Sequence record: SRR31156797_2530
DNA length: 64,000 bases
Direction: 5' to 3' (one strand)
Part shown: in pieces, positions 20,337 to 30,600 of the stretch
How positions within the stretch are numbered: position 1 is the stretch's first letter
Layout: each line of letters starts with the position of its first letter
The notes under the pieces: model-generated
Databases searched by the model: none
Told to the model about the DNA's origin: nothing
Seen by the model: the letters and a program-made list of their open reading frames with translations, nothing else
Position numbers and translations under genes: made by a program

Positions 20337-20834
20337 ATGGCGAAACCAAATATTAAAATGACACGAATTGATGAACGCTTGATACATGGTCAAGGTCAAA
20401 TGTGGATCAAATCATTGGGTGTCAACTTATGTATCGTAGCTAACGATCAAGCCGCAAATGATCCATTTCAACAACAATTGATGAAAGCGGTGGCACAAAA
20501 TGTGAGCATGCGCTTTTTCACGATTCAACAAACATGCGAAATCATTCATAAAGCCTCGCCTAAGCAAATGATTTTTATCGTTGTGGCAAATCCGCAGGAT
20601 GCACTGGCACTTGTCAAAGGAGGTGTACCAATAGAACAAATCAATGTTGGGAATATTCACAATGCAGTAGGAAAAACGAAAATATCCAACTATATTTTTA
20701 TCGGTGAAGAAGATAAAAGAGCGTTAAAAGAATTAAAGGATGCATTTCACATCAAGTTTGATACTCGTACCTCACCGATGGCTCCAGACGTTGATTCATT
20801 GAAACAACTCATGTCTCATCTTGAAAACGAATAG
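20337..20834 (+). CDS. Mannose-family PTS EIIB
   Basis: TRIDERLIHGQ phosphorylation motif, INVGNIH. Confidence 0.95.
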   Translation: MAKPNIKMTRIDERLIHGQGQMWIKSLGVNLCIVANDQAANDPFQQQLMKAVAQNVSMRFFTIQQTCEIIHKASPKQMIFIVVANPQDALALVKGGVPIEQINVGNIHNAVGKTKISNYIFIGEEDKRALKELKDAFHIKFDTRTSPMAPDVDSLKQLMSHLENE

Positions 20835-20845
20835 GAGAGAATAAA

Positions 20846-21640
20846 ATGAATATATCAATTATGCAAGCTTTTTTACTGGCACTTATGGCAGGCGTTTGTT
20901 ATTCGGGTCTATTGCTAGGCATTTTTACAAATCGTTGCATTGTCCTTTCCTTTTTTGTAGGGTTGATTCTTGGTGATGTTCAAACTGGATTAATGATGGG
21001 TGCCATTGGTGAACTTGCTTTTATGGGATTTGGCGTTGGCGCTGGGGGAACGGTCCCACCTAATCCTTTAGGTCCAGGAGTGGTGGGGACCATAATGGCG
21101 ATAACTTTAAAAGATCAAGGGGTCACACCTGAAAGTGCCTTGGCATTATCTTATCCATTTGCAGTATTATTTCAAATTTGCCAGACACTCATTTATACAG
21201 TATGTGCTGGTTCATCCGAAGCTGCAAGAGTTGCGGTAGAAAATGGCCGTTTCAAACGCTTTAAATGGTTTGCACATACAACTTTCATTAGTTTTTTCTT
21301 TGTGGGATTCTTTATTGCATTACTTTCTGCTTTAAGTATGGAGCCTCTTAGAAAATTTGTCGAAATGATTCCGAATGAATTGGTTCAAGCACTGACTGTT
21401 GCTGGAGGCTTACTACCCGCAATCGGTTTTGCGATGATTCTATCGGTCATGGTTTCCAAAGACGTTATTCCTTACGTGATCTTAGGCTACATTTGTATTG
21501 CGTATTTAGATTTACCTGTTATGGCGATTGCATTAGTAGGAGCAGTATTTGCAATGATCGATTACTATAATCAAGAAAAAAGACAAGAACTTTCAATGAC
21601 TTTCGCTCAACAAGGAGGAATCGAAGAAGATGGAATCTAA
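20846..21640 (+). CDS. Mannose-family PTS EIIC
   Basis: GLILGD..TGL..GA..EL, GGTVPP, GGLLPAIGFAM. Confidence 0.93.
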   Translation: MNISIMQAFLLALMAGVCYSGLLLGIFTNRCIVLSFFVGLILGDVQTGLMMGAIGELAFMGFGVGAGGTVPPNPLGPGVVGTIMAITLKDQGVTPESALALSYPFAVLFQICQTLIYTVCAGSSEAARVAVENGRFKRFKWFAHTTFISFFFVGFFIALLSALSMEPLRKFVEMIPNELVQALTVAGGLLPAIGFAMILSVMVSKDVIPYVILGYICIAYLDLPVMAIALVGAVFAMIDYYNQEKRQELSMTFAQQGGIEEDGI

Positions 21641-22442
21641 AGAACAAAAACTAACGAAAAACGATTATTTTATAGCAACTATGCGCTCATACTTCCTCCA
21701 AAATGGCTTCAACTATAACACGTATCAAGGAACGGGTTATGCAAATATTATTTTTCCGGGATTAAAAAAGATCTACAAAGATGATCAGGAAGCATTGAAA
21801 AAAGCCACTATTGATAACTTGGAATTTTATAATGTCAATCCTCAAACAGTCCCCTTTGTTACTAGCTTACAATTAGCAATGCTTGATCACGGGGAAGATG
21901 TATCAAAAATTAGAAGTATAAAAATGGCATTAATGGGTCCATTGGCAGGAATTGGGGATGCAATATCTCAATTTGGTGTAGCACCGTTATTTTCAACGAT
22001 TTTTGCTAGCATGGCGATTGCGGGTATTACTGCTAGTCCAATCATGTTTTTAGTTTGTATGATTGGCTTTAATCTGTTTCTTAAGTGTCTTTTAGGCTGG
22101 CTGGGTTATCGAATGGGCACAAGTGCGATTGAAATGCTCAGCCAAAAAATCAACCAAATCTCTCGGGCAGCGAATATTGTAGGAGTCACAGTTATCTCTG
22201 GTTTAGCGGTGAGCTTCGTAAAAGCTGAAATGGCGATCGAGTACGCAACAACAATTGAAGGCGAACAACAAGTAGTATCGCTCCAAACTGTTTTTGATCA
22301 AATTTTGCCTCGGCTCTTGCCTGGATTAGTTACGATTATGGTTTATTATCTAATTAAAAAGAAGAATTGGAATGTTTACAAGCTGCTCATTCTATTGTTT
22401 GTTTTGGGTATTTTAGGGTCGCTGTCAGGTATCCTTGGATGA
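21630..22442 (+). CDS. Mannose-family PTS EIID
   Basis: LQNGFNY, IKMALMGPLAGIGD, LQTVFDQILP. Confidence 0.93.
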   Translation: MESKEQKLTKNDYFIATMRSYFLQNGFNYNTYQGTGYANIIFPGLKKIYKDDQEALKKATIDNLEFYNVNPQTVPFVTSLQLAMLDHGEDVSKIRSIKMALMGPLAGIGDAISQFGVAPLFSTIFASMAIAGITASPIMFLVCMIGFNLFLKCLLGWLGYRMGTSAIEMLSQKINQISRAANIVGVTVISGLAVSFVKAEMAIEYATTIEGEQQVVSLQTVFDQILPRLLPGLVTIMVYYLIKKKNWNVYKLLILLFVLGILGSLSGILG

Positions 22443-22569
22443 CTTTTCATGTAGTTATTAGACCATAGTTCTATCAATTTAATAGTTATTCGGTTTTTAT
22501 TCAACTCAATGACAGTTTCTTTATGTATATGATGACAAGAAGCCTCCGCCTAATGCAGAAAGGAAAAAT

Positions 22570-25500
22570 ATGAAAATACTTGCTTTATTTCTGTTTCTGA
22601 TCCATTTGCTTATACTACCAATCAATGTTCACAGCACAACGATTGAACATAATTTATTATTGAACGGGGACTTTTCACAACAATCTGAGAATACGAATGG
22701 GTGGCATGATTCAATTGGAGCAGATCACTGGCGCCTTTGGTTCCCTTCAGATATCCGTCCAAAAGTGAGAGTAACAGAAGAAAACAGCATTGAAATTTCT
22801 TCCAATCAAGTCAGTCGTGCAGCAGTTTTTCAAGAAGGTATACCTGTTCGTCCAAATACAGAATATCGCGCAATTGTCGAGGTGAAAGCAACAGATATTT
22901 CTAATGCACTTGGTGGAAGAATAAGGGTTCAGTACATGGAAAATGGAACTCAGATATCTCTTTACTCTAGTGAAGCTGTTTCAGGAACTTCGGGATGGGA
23001 AAGCCTTGCAGTTACTTTTACGACTGGAGCAGATACGGAACAAGTAAAATTGGAGCTTTTTTTTGATAATACCTCGGGATTAATTGAATACAGAAATGCA
23101 CGTTTGTATGATCGCATATATGAAGAAATTCAAGAGATTATCATTTCTCAAGAAGAGCTGCATTTGCAAATTGGTGAACGCCAGTTAATCGAGCTGGAAA
23201 CTTACCCCGAAGATTTCCCTCGGAAAAACCTATCTTTTTCTTCAAGTGATCCAAAGGTAGCTCAAGTAAATGAGCGGGGGTATGTTACTGGTGTAGCAAC
23301 AGGGACCAGTGAGATCATTATTAGCGATAAAAATGAGACTATTAAAGTAAGTATCCCCATTTTTGTTACAAAAGATAGACATGATAATGTACATCTTACA
23401 TTAGATCAAATGCATATCATACCTCTCTTCCAACCACTTGAAGAATTAGACGTTTTTGTGGAAAACCAAGATTTATTAGAGGTCTTTGATGGGATTATTC
23501 TGCCTAAAAGAGAGGGAACAACACGAATAAAAATAACCAATACAAGTGGTGAGCTGATCGTTCTCGTTGATGTATCTATTGATAAAGGTGACCACAACAA
23601 ATTTGATGACATGAGAACAAAGTGGCACGAAATGATTCTGGGAGCTAACTATTTTAATTCTGATGATCCGTTAATGATTGATAAGCAAAGATCAATGGAT
23701 AGAACAGCCAACCTATTATGGGAAACATTGAATAAAGATGAAGATAAGGAAGCTTTGTGGGAAGAACAATCTGAATTGACAGCATCAGCTAATTTAACAA
23801 CTAGTTTTAGAAATTTAACGACTTTAGCTCTGTCAGCAACCAATCCTTATTCAGAATATTATCTCAACAGAAATTTATTAGAGGATGTCTTTTCGGGATT
23901 AGAATGGATGTACATTTATAAGTATAATCTCTCTGTCCAAACGTATGGAAACTGGTGGGATTGGGAAATTGGCGTTCCGCGAGCAATTAATGACTTAGTT
24001 ACCACTTTACATCCTTTTTTATCACAAGAACAAATTGGCGATTTTTTAAGACCGATTGAACGTTTTTTGCCAGATGTCAATTATAATAGATATAGTGTAA
24101 ATCCAGAACTTGCACTTGAAGCAACTGGAGCTAATCAAGTGGATAATACCCGAATAATACTAATTAAAAGCATCTTGGAAGAAAATGATTCTGGTGTTAG
24201 TGAAGCGATAAGCGCATTAGAAAAAGTTTATCCTTTTGTAACCGAGGGTGATGGCTTTTATACTGATGGTTCGTTTTTACAACATGACAACGTTCCTTAT
24301 ATTGGTTCATATGGAAATGTTCTTCTTGATGGTATCTCACAGATATTCACAATGACTCAGTCAACAGACTATTTTCCAGCTGATAGTATAGTTAGAGTGA
24401 TAGATTTCTGGATTCAAGAATCAATCGTCCCGTTCATGTATAAAGGAAATATGATGGATATGGTCAGAGGAAGAGCTATCTCAAGGAGCCAAATGGAGAG
24501 CAATGTTGCTGGAGCTGAAATGACAAAAGCGATGATTCGTTTTGCGAGTATTCCAGAACTATCGAACAGCGAAAGATATTTTCATTTTGCTAAGCATTGG
24601 ATAGAAGCAAATAGTGCGAATTTTGACTACTTAAATAGTTTATCAAGCTTTAGAGATATTGCACTAGCAAAAACAATATTATCTAATCCTGATATAGCCT
24701 CCGATAGTCCTTACACAACAAAACTTACAAATTTTGCGAATATGGATCGAATGACCTATTTTAATAAAGATTTTGATTTTAGTTTTGGGTTAAGTATGTC
24801 CTCTAGTAGAATCAAACGATACGAAACAATGAATAATGAAAACCTTCAAGGATGGCATACGGGCGATGGAATGCTTTATCTATATAATGATGATCTAAAT
24901 CAATTTAATCAAGACTTTTGGGCGACAGTTGATCCCTATAGATTGCCAGGTATTACTGTGGATAAGCAAATTCGACTTGATCAAAGCGGTTATAGTGTAG
25001 CGGAAACAGACTTCGTGGGAGGTTCCACCGTTGATGATCGTTATGGTAGTTTTGTCATGGATTTTATCAATTATGAAAGAACGTTGACAGCTCAAAAGTC
25101 ATGGTTCATCCTTGGTGACGAGCTTGTTGCTATCGGAAGTAATATAAACTTTCAAATTGACCGTATCATTGAAACAGTTATAGAGAATAGAAAGCTGAAT
25201 GAGACGATTAATTACAGATTTTTTGTGAATAACGAACAGATTGATTTATCAAATGGACAACAAAACTTTTCTAATGTTGAAAGTGTTTATTTGGAGGCTT
25301 CTGATCCGCAACAATCTATCGGATATAAATTTATCAACCCTCAAGATTTAACTTTGATGATTGAAGAACGTAAGGATAGTTGGAATCGGATCAATGGATC
25401 AGGGAGCATTGACCCGATTACGAGAAGCTACTTTACAATGTGGAAAACGCATATCCATCAAGAAGATGAGTACAACTATGCTATCTATCCTAATAGGGAC

Positions 25501-25887
25501 AGAACTGAATTCGAAAAAATTGAACCCGCTAAAATATTGCGCAATGATAAAAACATTCATGCAGTACAGTTAAATAATGTAATTGGTATTAATGTCTATA
25601 ATGAAACCGAAGTCGAAATCCTTGATATGAAATTTCAAGCCCCGATGGCCCTTACACGAGTGGACAGCGATGAAACGATTATACTTTCACACTCAGATCC
25701 TACAATGAAGCGTGCTCAAAAGGATTTGATTCATCTAAAAGACGATGGTTATCGTATTAAAGAAGCAGATAGTAATATTTCAGCGAAAAAAATCACTTCT
25801 TTAGATGGTCTCGATTACTGGGAAATCGAAATCGATCCAACAGGTTCAAATGGTCAAAATAGCCAGATTCTATTTAACAAAAAGTAA
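22570..25887 (+). CDS. Secreted polysaccharide lyase family 8 (hyaluronate/chondroitin lyase) with N-terminal CBM-like and Ig-like domains
   Basis: Signal peptide; NWWDWEIGVP, TGAN, GDGFYTDGSFLQH..PY.GSYG, RGRAISR, NENLQGWHTGDG. Confidence 0.93.
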   Translation: MKILALFLFLIHLLILPINVHSTTIEHNLLLNGDFSQQSENTNGWHDSIGADHWRLWFPSDIRPKVRVTEENSIEISSNQVSRAAVFQEGIPVRPNTEYRAIVEVKATDISNALGGRIRVQYMENGTQISLYSSEAVSGTSGWESLAVTFTTGADTEQVKLELFFDNTSGLIEYRNARLYDRIYEEIQEIIISQEELHLQIGERQLIELETYPEDFPRKNLSFSSSDPKVAQVNERGYVTGVATGTSEIIISDKNETIKVSIPIFVTKDRHDNVHLTLDQMHIIPLFQPLEELDVFVENQDLLEVFDGIILPKREGTTRIKITNTSGELIVLVDVSIDKGDHNKFDDMRTKWHEMILGANYFNSDDPLMIDKQRSMDRTANLLWETLNKDEDKEALWEEQSELTASANLTTSFRNLTTLALSATNPYSEYYLNRNLLEDVFSGLEWMYIYKYNLSVQTYGNWWDWEIGVPRAINDLVTTLHPFLSQEQIGDFLRPIERFLPDVNYNRYSVNPELALEATGANQVDNTRIILIKSILEENDSGVSEAISALEKVYPFVTEGDGFYTDGSFLQHDNVPYIGSYGNVLLDGISQIFTMTQSTDYFPADSIVRVIDFWIQESIVPFMYKGNMMDMVRGRAISRSQMESNVAGAEMTKAMIRFASIPELSNSERYFHFAKHWIEANSANFDYLNSLSSFRDIALAKTILSNPDIASDSPYTTKLTNFANMDRMTYFNKDFDFSFGLSMSSSRIKRYETMNNENLQGWHTGDGMLYLYNDDLNQFNQDFWATVDPYRLPGITVDKQIRLDQSGYSVAETDFVGGSTVDDRYGSFVMDFINYERTLTAQKSWFILGDELVAIGSNINFQIDRIIETVIENRKLNETINYRFFVNNEQIDLSNGQQNFSNVESVYLEASDPQQSIGYKFINPQDLTLMIEERKDSWNRINGSGSIDPITRSYFTMWKTHIHQEDEYNYAIYPNRDRTEFEKIEPAKILRNDKNIHAVQLNNVIGINVYNETEVEILDMKFQAPMALTRVDSDETIILSHSDPTMKRAQKDLIHLKDDGYRIKEADSNISAKKITSLDGLDYWEIEIDPTGSNGQNSQILFNKK

Positions 25888-26151
25888 AGAAAACCAAATA
25901 ATAGCTTAACTTGATTGGCTATCATAATAGTGGGGCAAGTCTTTTTGTCCCTCTATTATTAATGTGCGAACAATTTTTCATGTCATTCCATAAAACGATC
26001 TTCTTAAAATTCTACAGTCTTCTCCGCTTTTTTAGCATGATTCGCTGAATTAGCGATTCTTTGTTATTATTAAAAATGAATAGACCAAGAAGTAGGATGA
26101 TTCTTTTCATTGCTAAGAGTTAAAATGTTGCAAAAAAGAGGAGGCGATTTA

Positions 26152-27033
26152 GTGGAATTTCGTTTATTAAAATATTTCTTCACGATTGCAGAGGAAGGGA
26201 CAATTTCTCAAGCTGCAGAAGTGCTCCACATCACCCAACCGACATTGAGCCGTCAATTAAAAGAATTAGAAGATGAATTAGGAACGGCTCTTTTCATTCG
26301 TGATAATCGTACAATGCTCTTAACGGAAGCAGGTCGTTTTTTAAAAAGCCGTGCCGAGGAGATATTGAGTCTAACGGATCAAACCATGCAAGAGTTTGAA
26401 GATCGTAAGAAACAGTTGTTTAGTGGTCATTTCACAATTGGCTGTGTGGAAGCAGATAATTCCGACACGCTTTCCTTGATGTTGGAAGAATTTATCAGTG
26501 ACTATCCAGATGTCCGCTTTCATATTCACAGTGGCACAGGAGATGATATCAACGAGCGTTTAGAGAAAGGCTTATTGGATTTGGCGATTTTGATCGAACC
26601 CATCGAAATCGAGAAATACGAAAAAGTCGTTCTACCAAGAAAAGAAACTTGGGGCATGTTGACATCGGCTGATTCTTTTCTCGCCCATAAAGAAGAGATT
26701 ACACCAGAGGATATCAAAGGGGTGCCATTGCTAGTGTCAAGGCGTCCGGAAGTGCAGCAAATGTTCAGTCAATGGTCAAAAATACCAATAGAAGAATTAC
26801 CGATCGTTGGAACATATAACTTGATTTTCAATGTCTTTTCCTTAGTAGAAAACCATGTTGGTTCGGCGTTGACCATCAGCGGAGCTGTCGGAGAACGGAG
26901 GGATGAAACGATCAAATTTTTGCCTTTAGTCCCTCAAATCGAAACCAGCTGTGTCTTGGTGTGGAAAAGAAATCGTGTGATGTCGCCGGTTGTGACGGCG
27001 TTCATTGCCCGCTTTCGTGACGCTTTTGAATAA
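26152..27033 (+). CDS. LysR family regulator
   Basis: EGTISQAAEVLHITQPTLSRQLKELE HTH; RBS GGAGG before GTG 26152. Confidence 0.95.
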   Translation: MEFRLLKYFFTIAEEGTISQAAEVLHITQPTLSRQLKELEDELGTALFIRDNRTMLLTEAGRFLKSRAEEILSLTDQTMQEFEDRKKQLFSGHFTIGCVEADNSDTLSLMLEEFISDYPDVRFHIHSGTGDDINERLEKGLLDLAILIEPIEIEKYEKVVLPRKETWGMLTSADSFLAHKEEITPEDIKGVPLLVSRRPEVQQMFSQWSKIPIEELPIVGTYNLIFNVFSLVENHVGSALTISGAVGERRDETIKFLPLVPQIETSCVLVWKRNRVMSPVVTAFIARFRDAFE

Positions 27034-27091
27034 TTGCATCCTAAAAGCCAAAAGAAGTGGAGTGATCCGCTTCTTTTGGCTTCCACCTCTT

Positions 27092-27112
27092 CCTATGCTT
27101 CGTAAGCATAGG
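27092..27112. promoter_or_regulatory. LysR-type dyad upstream of the flavodoxin-CMD-cupin operon
   Basis: CCTATGCTTCGTAAGCATAGG containing T-N11-A. Confidence 0.6.
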
Positions 27113-27197
27113 GGCTTTTTATAAAAAGCATTATTCAACGGCTCCGCTTTGCCTTACTATTAAATTTACCTAGAAGAGAAACCAAGGAGGTGACAAA

Positions 27198-27764
27198 ATG
27201 GCGGCAATACTTGTGTATTCACGAGCCGGGGAGAATCTTATTGAAGGGCAGCGAAAAAAGCTGGTAGTGGGAAATACGCGGGTTCTAGCAGAGAAAATAG
27301 CAGAGAAATTACAATGCCCGCTTTATTCTCTTGAACCGGCTTATCCTTACCCTGAAAGCTATCAAGCAATGGTCGAGCTAGCAAAAAAAGAAAAAGCGGC
27401 TAATGATTTTCCCCTCTATCAAGAGGTATCGGCAGCGTTTTTTAAAGAACGGGTCTTGTTTATCGGTTTTCCCAATTGGTGGGGCACATACCCGATGATC
27501 CTAGCGAGTTTTTTAAAAGATCACCGATTGGTAGGGAAGAGTATATTTCCGTTTTGTACTCATGAAGGCTCAGGATTTGGCAACAGTCTAGAAGACTTTA
27601 AAAAGATTTGTCCTGAAGCAACTGTTTATCCTGGATTAGCTGTTCGTGGTTCAAGAGTAGCTAAAGCGGATATAGCTATTCAAAATTGGTTAAATCAGTA
27701 TTTCATTAAAATAGATGAAGGAGTCGATCGATATGGTCAAGAAACAAACAGCAGGAAGAGATAA
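27198..27764 (+). CDS. Flavodoxin
   Basis: YSRAGEN..GNT, FIGFPNWWG, PFCTHEGSG. Confidence 0.9.
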   Translation: MAAILVYSRAGENLIEGQRKKLVVGNTRVLAEKIAEKLQCPLYSLEPAYPYPESYQAMVELAKKEKAANDFPLYQEVSAAFFKERVLFIGFPNWWGTYPMILASFLKDHRLVGKSIFPFCTHEGSGFGNSLEDFKKICPEATVYPGLAVRGSRVAKADIAIQNWLNQYFIKIDEGVDRYGQETNSRKR

Positions 27765-28077
27765 CTTAGGCAACTTTGCGCCGAAATTCGCGCAACTGAA
27801 TGATGATGTGTTATTTGGTGAAGTTTGGTCACGTGAGGCAGAATTGGCTCCTCATACGAGAAGTTTATTGACGATATCTGCCTTGATTTCCGGTGGCAAT
27901 TTTGAACAGTTGACTGCCCATTTGACGATTGGCAAGGAAAACGGGATCACTGTAGAGGAAATTGCAGAAGTAATCACTCATCTGGCTTTCTATGTTGGCT
28001 GGCCCAAAGCTTGGTCTGCTTTTAACATCGCCAAAACGGTTTATCAAGAAGAGTTAGCAGAAGTGGAGGAAAAATAA
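27733..28077 (+). CDS. Carboxymuconolactone decarboxylase family protein
   Basis: APKFAQLNDDVLFGEVWSR, THLAFYVGWPKAW. Confidence 0.92.
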   Translation: MVKKQTAGRDNLGNFAPKFAQLNDDVLFGEVWSREAELAPHTRSLLTISALISGGNFEQLTAHLTIGKENGITVEEIAEVITHLAFYVGWPKAWSAFNIAKTVYQEELAEVEEK

Positions 28078-28497
28078 ATGTCAAAAGCTGATGCAGCAAA
28101 AGAAGCAGGAATCTTTTTATTGGGCAACACAAATGATGCCTATGCGCAATATTTTAGCGGTCAGAGTTACTTGAATCCGTTAGTAGCTGATCCAGCGATT
28201 CCAGTCAACATTGGCAATGTGACCTTTGAACCGGGTTGTCGCAACAATTGGCATCGGCATATCAATGGTGGGTATCAATTGTTGTTGGTGACCGCAGGAA
28301 AAGGCTGGTACCAAGAAGCAGGTAAGAAACCGCAAAAACTTACTGTTGGGGATGTCGTAGTCATCAAGGAAGGGGTCAAACATTGGCATGGTGCAGCAAA
28401 AAATAGTTGGTTTGCCCATGTAGCGATTACTGCTGGTGCTTCAGAATGGTTAGAAGCAGTCAGTGATGAAGAATACGATCAATTGCCTGACGCATAA
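28078..28497 (+). CDS. Cupin domain protein
   Basis: NVTFEPGCRNNWHRH, KHWHGA. Confidence 0.92.
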   Translation: MSKADAAKEAGIFLLGNTNDAYAQYFSGQSYLNPLVADPAIPVNIGNVTFEPGCRNNWHRHINGGYQLLLVTAGKGWYQEAGKKPQKLTVGDVVVIKEGVKHWHGAAKNSWFAHVAITAGASEWLEAVSDEEYDQLPDA

Positions 28498-28655
28498 GTG
28501 ATGGTAAGGCAGCCGTACTTGAAGGCGTGTAACAAATCTTATGAGGTCTCACCTGACTGGCAGCCAATACTGTGGCTAGTCAAAAGAGATCGAAGAGATC
28601 AATGTGAATGAATGTACGGTCGATTCGATGATTCAACCGGGGTAAATAGGAAAGA

Positions 28656-28706
28656 AAAAAGAAGCGTCCACTTGCACAACTAACGTGCGAGTGGACGCTT
28701 CTTTTT
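28656..28706. terminator. Bidirectional terminator
   Basis: AAAAAGAAGCGTCCACTTGCAC-loop-GTGCGAGTGGACGCTTCTTTTT. Confidence 0.8.
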
Positions 28707-28708
28707 GT

Positions 28709-29563
28709 TTAGCCAAGATAAAATTCAATCAAGGTTTTTGCAATCAATTTTGTCATAGGATGACCTTTCGTAAAGCTTGATGCCAAATAGATCGTCCTTG
28801 ATAAGGGAAAATCTGCTAGTTCACGTAAAACGAAAGGTGCCTCATCTTCATAACCCCAAGTAATTTTAGGAAAGAAGGTGATTCCTAGTCCTTGATTGAT
28901 AAGGGAGCGCAGCGTCGCTGGATCGTCCGTCGTTGAGCCGATAGTCAAACTGATTTTTTTTGCTTCAAAAGCTTCGTCGATGGTTCTACGCAGCGGGCTG
29001 TTTTCAACCAGCATCAGCAAAGGCACGTGTTGGATATCGGCAACTTGCAAGTCTTTTTTTTCTGCCATGGGGTGCTTTTGGGGGATCGCCAGTAAGATGG
29101 GTTCCGTGAATATCGGCAGATTAGTCAAGCCGTTCTTTGGCTCTGAGGTAATGTAGAAGGCTTGTTCTTTGTTGGTCTCCTTACTGCCGTGCTGCTTGAT
29201 CGAAAGTTGGATCTCAGGGTGCTTTTCAACGAATGTCGCCACCAAGTTAGGCAAGGAAACGGATGCGACTTCAGAGTAGATCGTCACCGCCGGGACCATT
29301 TCTCCATTTAAGGCTTGGATCGCACTCATTCCTTCGTCGAAACGTGCTAACGTCTCAACGACATAGGGATAAAATTCTTCAGCATACATCGTCAACTCGA
29401 TATGCCGACCGGCATGATAGAACAAAGGAACGCCTAGTTCACTTTCTAGGTGTTTCATGGCACGGCTCAAGGCAGGTTGTGAGATGTATAATTCTTGTGC
29501 AGATTGGGTAATATTTTTCGATTCGGCTACTTTTTTAAAGTAGCGTAAATGATCAAGGTTCAT
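28709..29563 (-). CDS. LysR family regulator divergent from the mdc operon (MdcR-like role)
   Basis: NITQSAQELYISQPALSR HTH; dyad CCATACCTTTTGGTTATGG at 29579-29597. Confidence 0.9.
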   Translation of the reverse strand: MNLDHLRYFKKVAESKNITQSAQELYISQPALSRAMKHLESELGVPLFYHAGRHIELTMYAEEFYPYVVETLARFDEGMSAIQALNGEMVPAVTIYSEVASVSLPNLVATFVEKHPEIQLSIKQHGSKETNKEQAFYITSEPKNGLTNLPIFTEPILLAIPQKHPMAEKKDLQVADIQHVPLLMLVENSPLRRTIDEAFEAKKISLTIGSTTDDPATLRSLINQGLGITFFPKITWGYEDEAPFVLRELADFPLSRTIYLASSFTKGHPMTKLIAKTLIEFYLG

Positions 29564-29680
29564 CAGATACTCCTCTTTCCATACCTTTTGGTTATGGATA
29601 TTCACGAAACTGGTATTTTTTATTATAACAAACTTCCGTTATTATGACACAGGAAAGAGAAATTGTTTAGGAGGTGTTTC

Positions 29681-30595
29681 ATGAGTACAGGTTTCTTATA
29701 CCCAGGACAAGGCAGTCAGACCAGCAAGATGCTTGAAGACGTACCTGCCAGTTATTTCCATCGGCTAGAACAAGCGACAGGCTTTGATTTACACCGTGTA
29801 TCGGAGAATCTCGAACAAGATACCGTCTATATTCAGTTGGCGATTTTAGTAAAAGCGGCTTTTTACACGGACCAGATGAAAGCCTCTGGTGTGCAACCTC
29901 AGCTTGTGGCGGGGCATTCGATTGGCGCTTTTTCCGCTGCGTTAGCTTGTGAAAGCTTAAGTTTCGAAAATGCCGCTAGCTTGGTCTATCATCGGGCGAC
30001 ATTGATGAAAGAAGCCTATCCGACTGATTATGCCATGGGGGTACTTGTTGGTGTAACGAGAAGTGAAGCAGAAGCGCTCGTGGCAAAAACATTTGATCCT
30101 GCTGCTCCCGTCTATTTGTCAAATGAAAATTGCCCCATGCAGCATACGATCTCTGGTCATCTCAAAGGCTTGCGCAAGACGCTGGCTCAAGCGAAAGTCT
30201 ATCATGCGCAAACCGCCAAACTTTTAGCAGTGCCTGTGCCGTCCCATTGTGTGTTGATGACAGAACCCGTGAAACGGTTTGCGCCATTTATGAACACGGT
30301 ATCCCTTGATGTGCCTATCTGTCCGTACCTCAAAAATACAGATGGGCGGATGACCATGAATCCTGAAGAGATCCGTCGTGATTTGCTGCAAAATATTGCT
30401 TTTCCGGTGCAGTGGAACAAGATCATGGATGTTGCCTACGAAGCAGGACTTGATTTGGCTCTTGAATTTCCTCCGGGCAATACCTTAACAAAACTGATCC
30501 AAGCAAAATTTGTTGAAAACAAAGGGATTCGTGTGATCAATTTGGATCAACATGGCATGGATGATGCTTTATTCCTATATCAAAAATGGAGATGA
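29681..30595 (+). CDS. mdcH: Malonyl-CoA:ACP transacylase of malonate decarboxylase
   Basis: YPGQGSQ, AGHSIG active-site Ser, VPVPSH; operon context. Confidence 0.9.
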   Translation: MSTGFLYPGQGSQTSKMLEDVPASYFHRLEQATGFDLHRVSENLEQDTVYIQLAILVKAAFYTDQMKASGVQPQLVAGHSIGAFSAALACESLSFENAASLVYHRATLMKEAYPTDYAMGVLVGVTRSEAEALVAKTFDPAAPVYLSNENCPMQHTISGHLKGLRKTLAQAKVYHAQTAKLLAVPVPSHCVLMTEPVKRFAPFMNTVSLDVPICPYLKNTDGRMTMNPEEIRRDLLQNIAFPVQWNKIMDVAYEAGLDLALEFPPGNTLTKLIQAKFVENKGIRVINLDQHGMDDALFLYQKWR

Positions 30596-30600
30596 ATACA

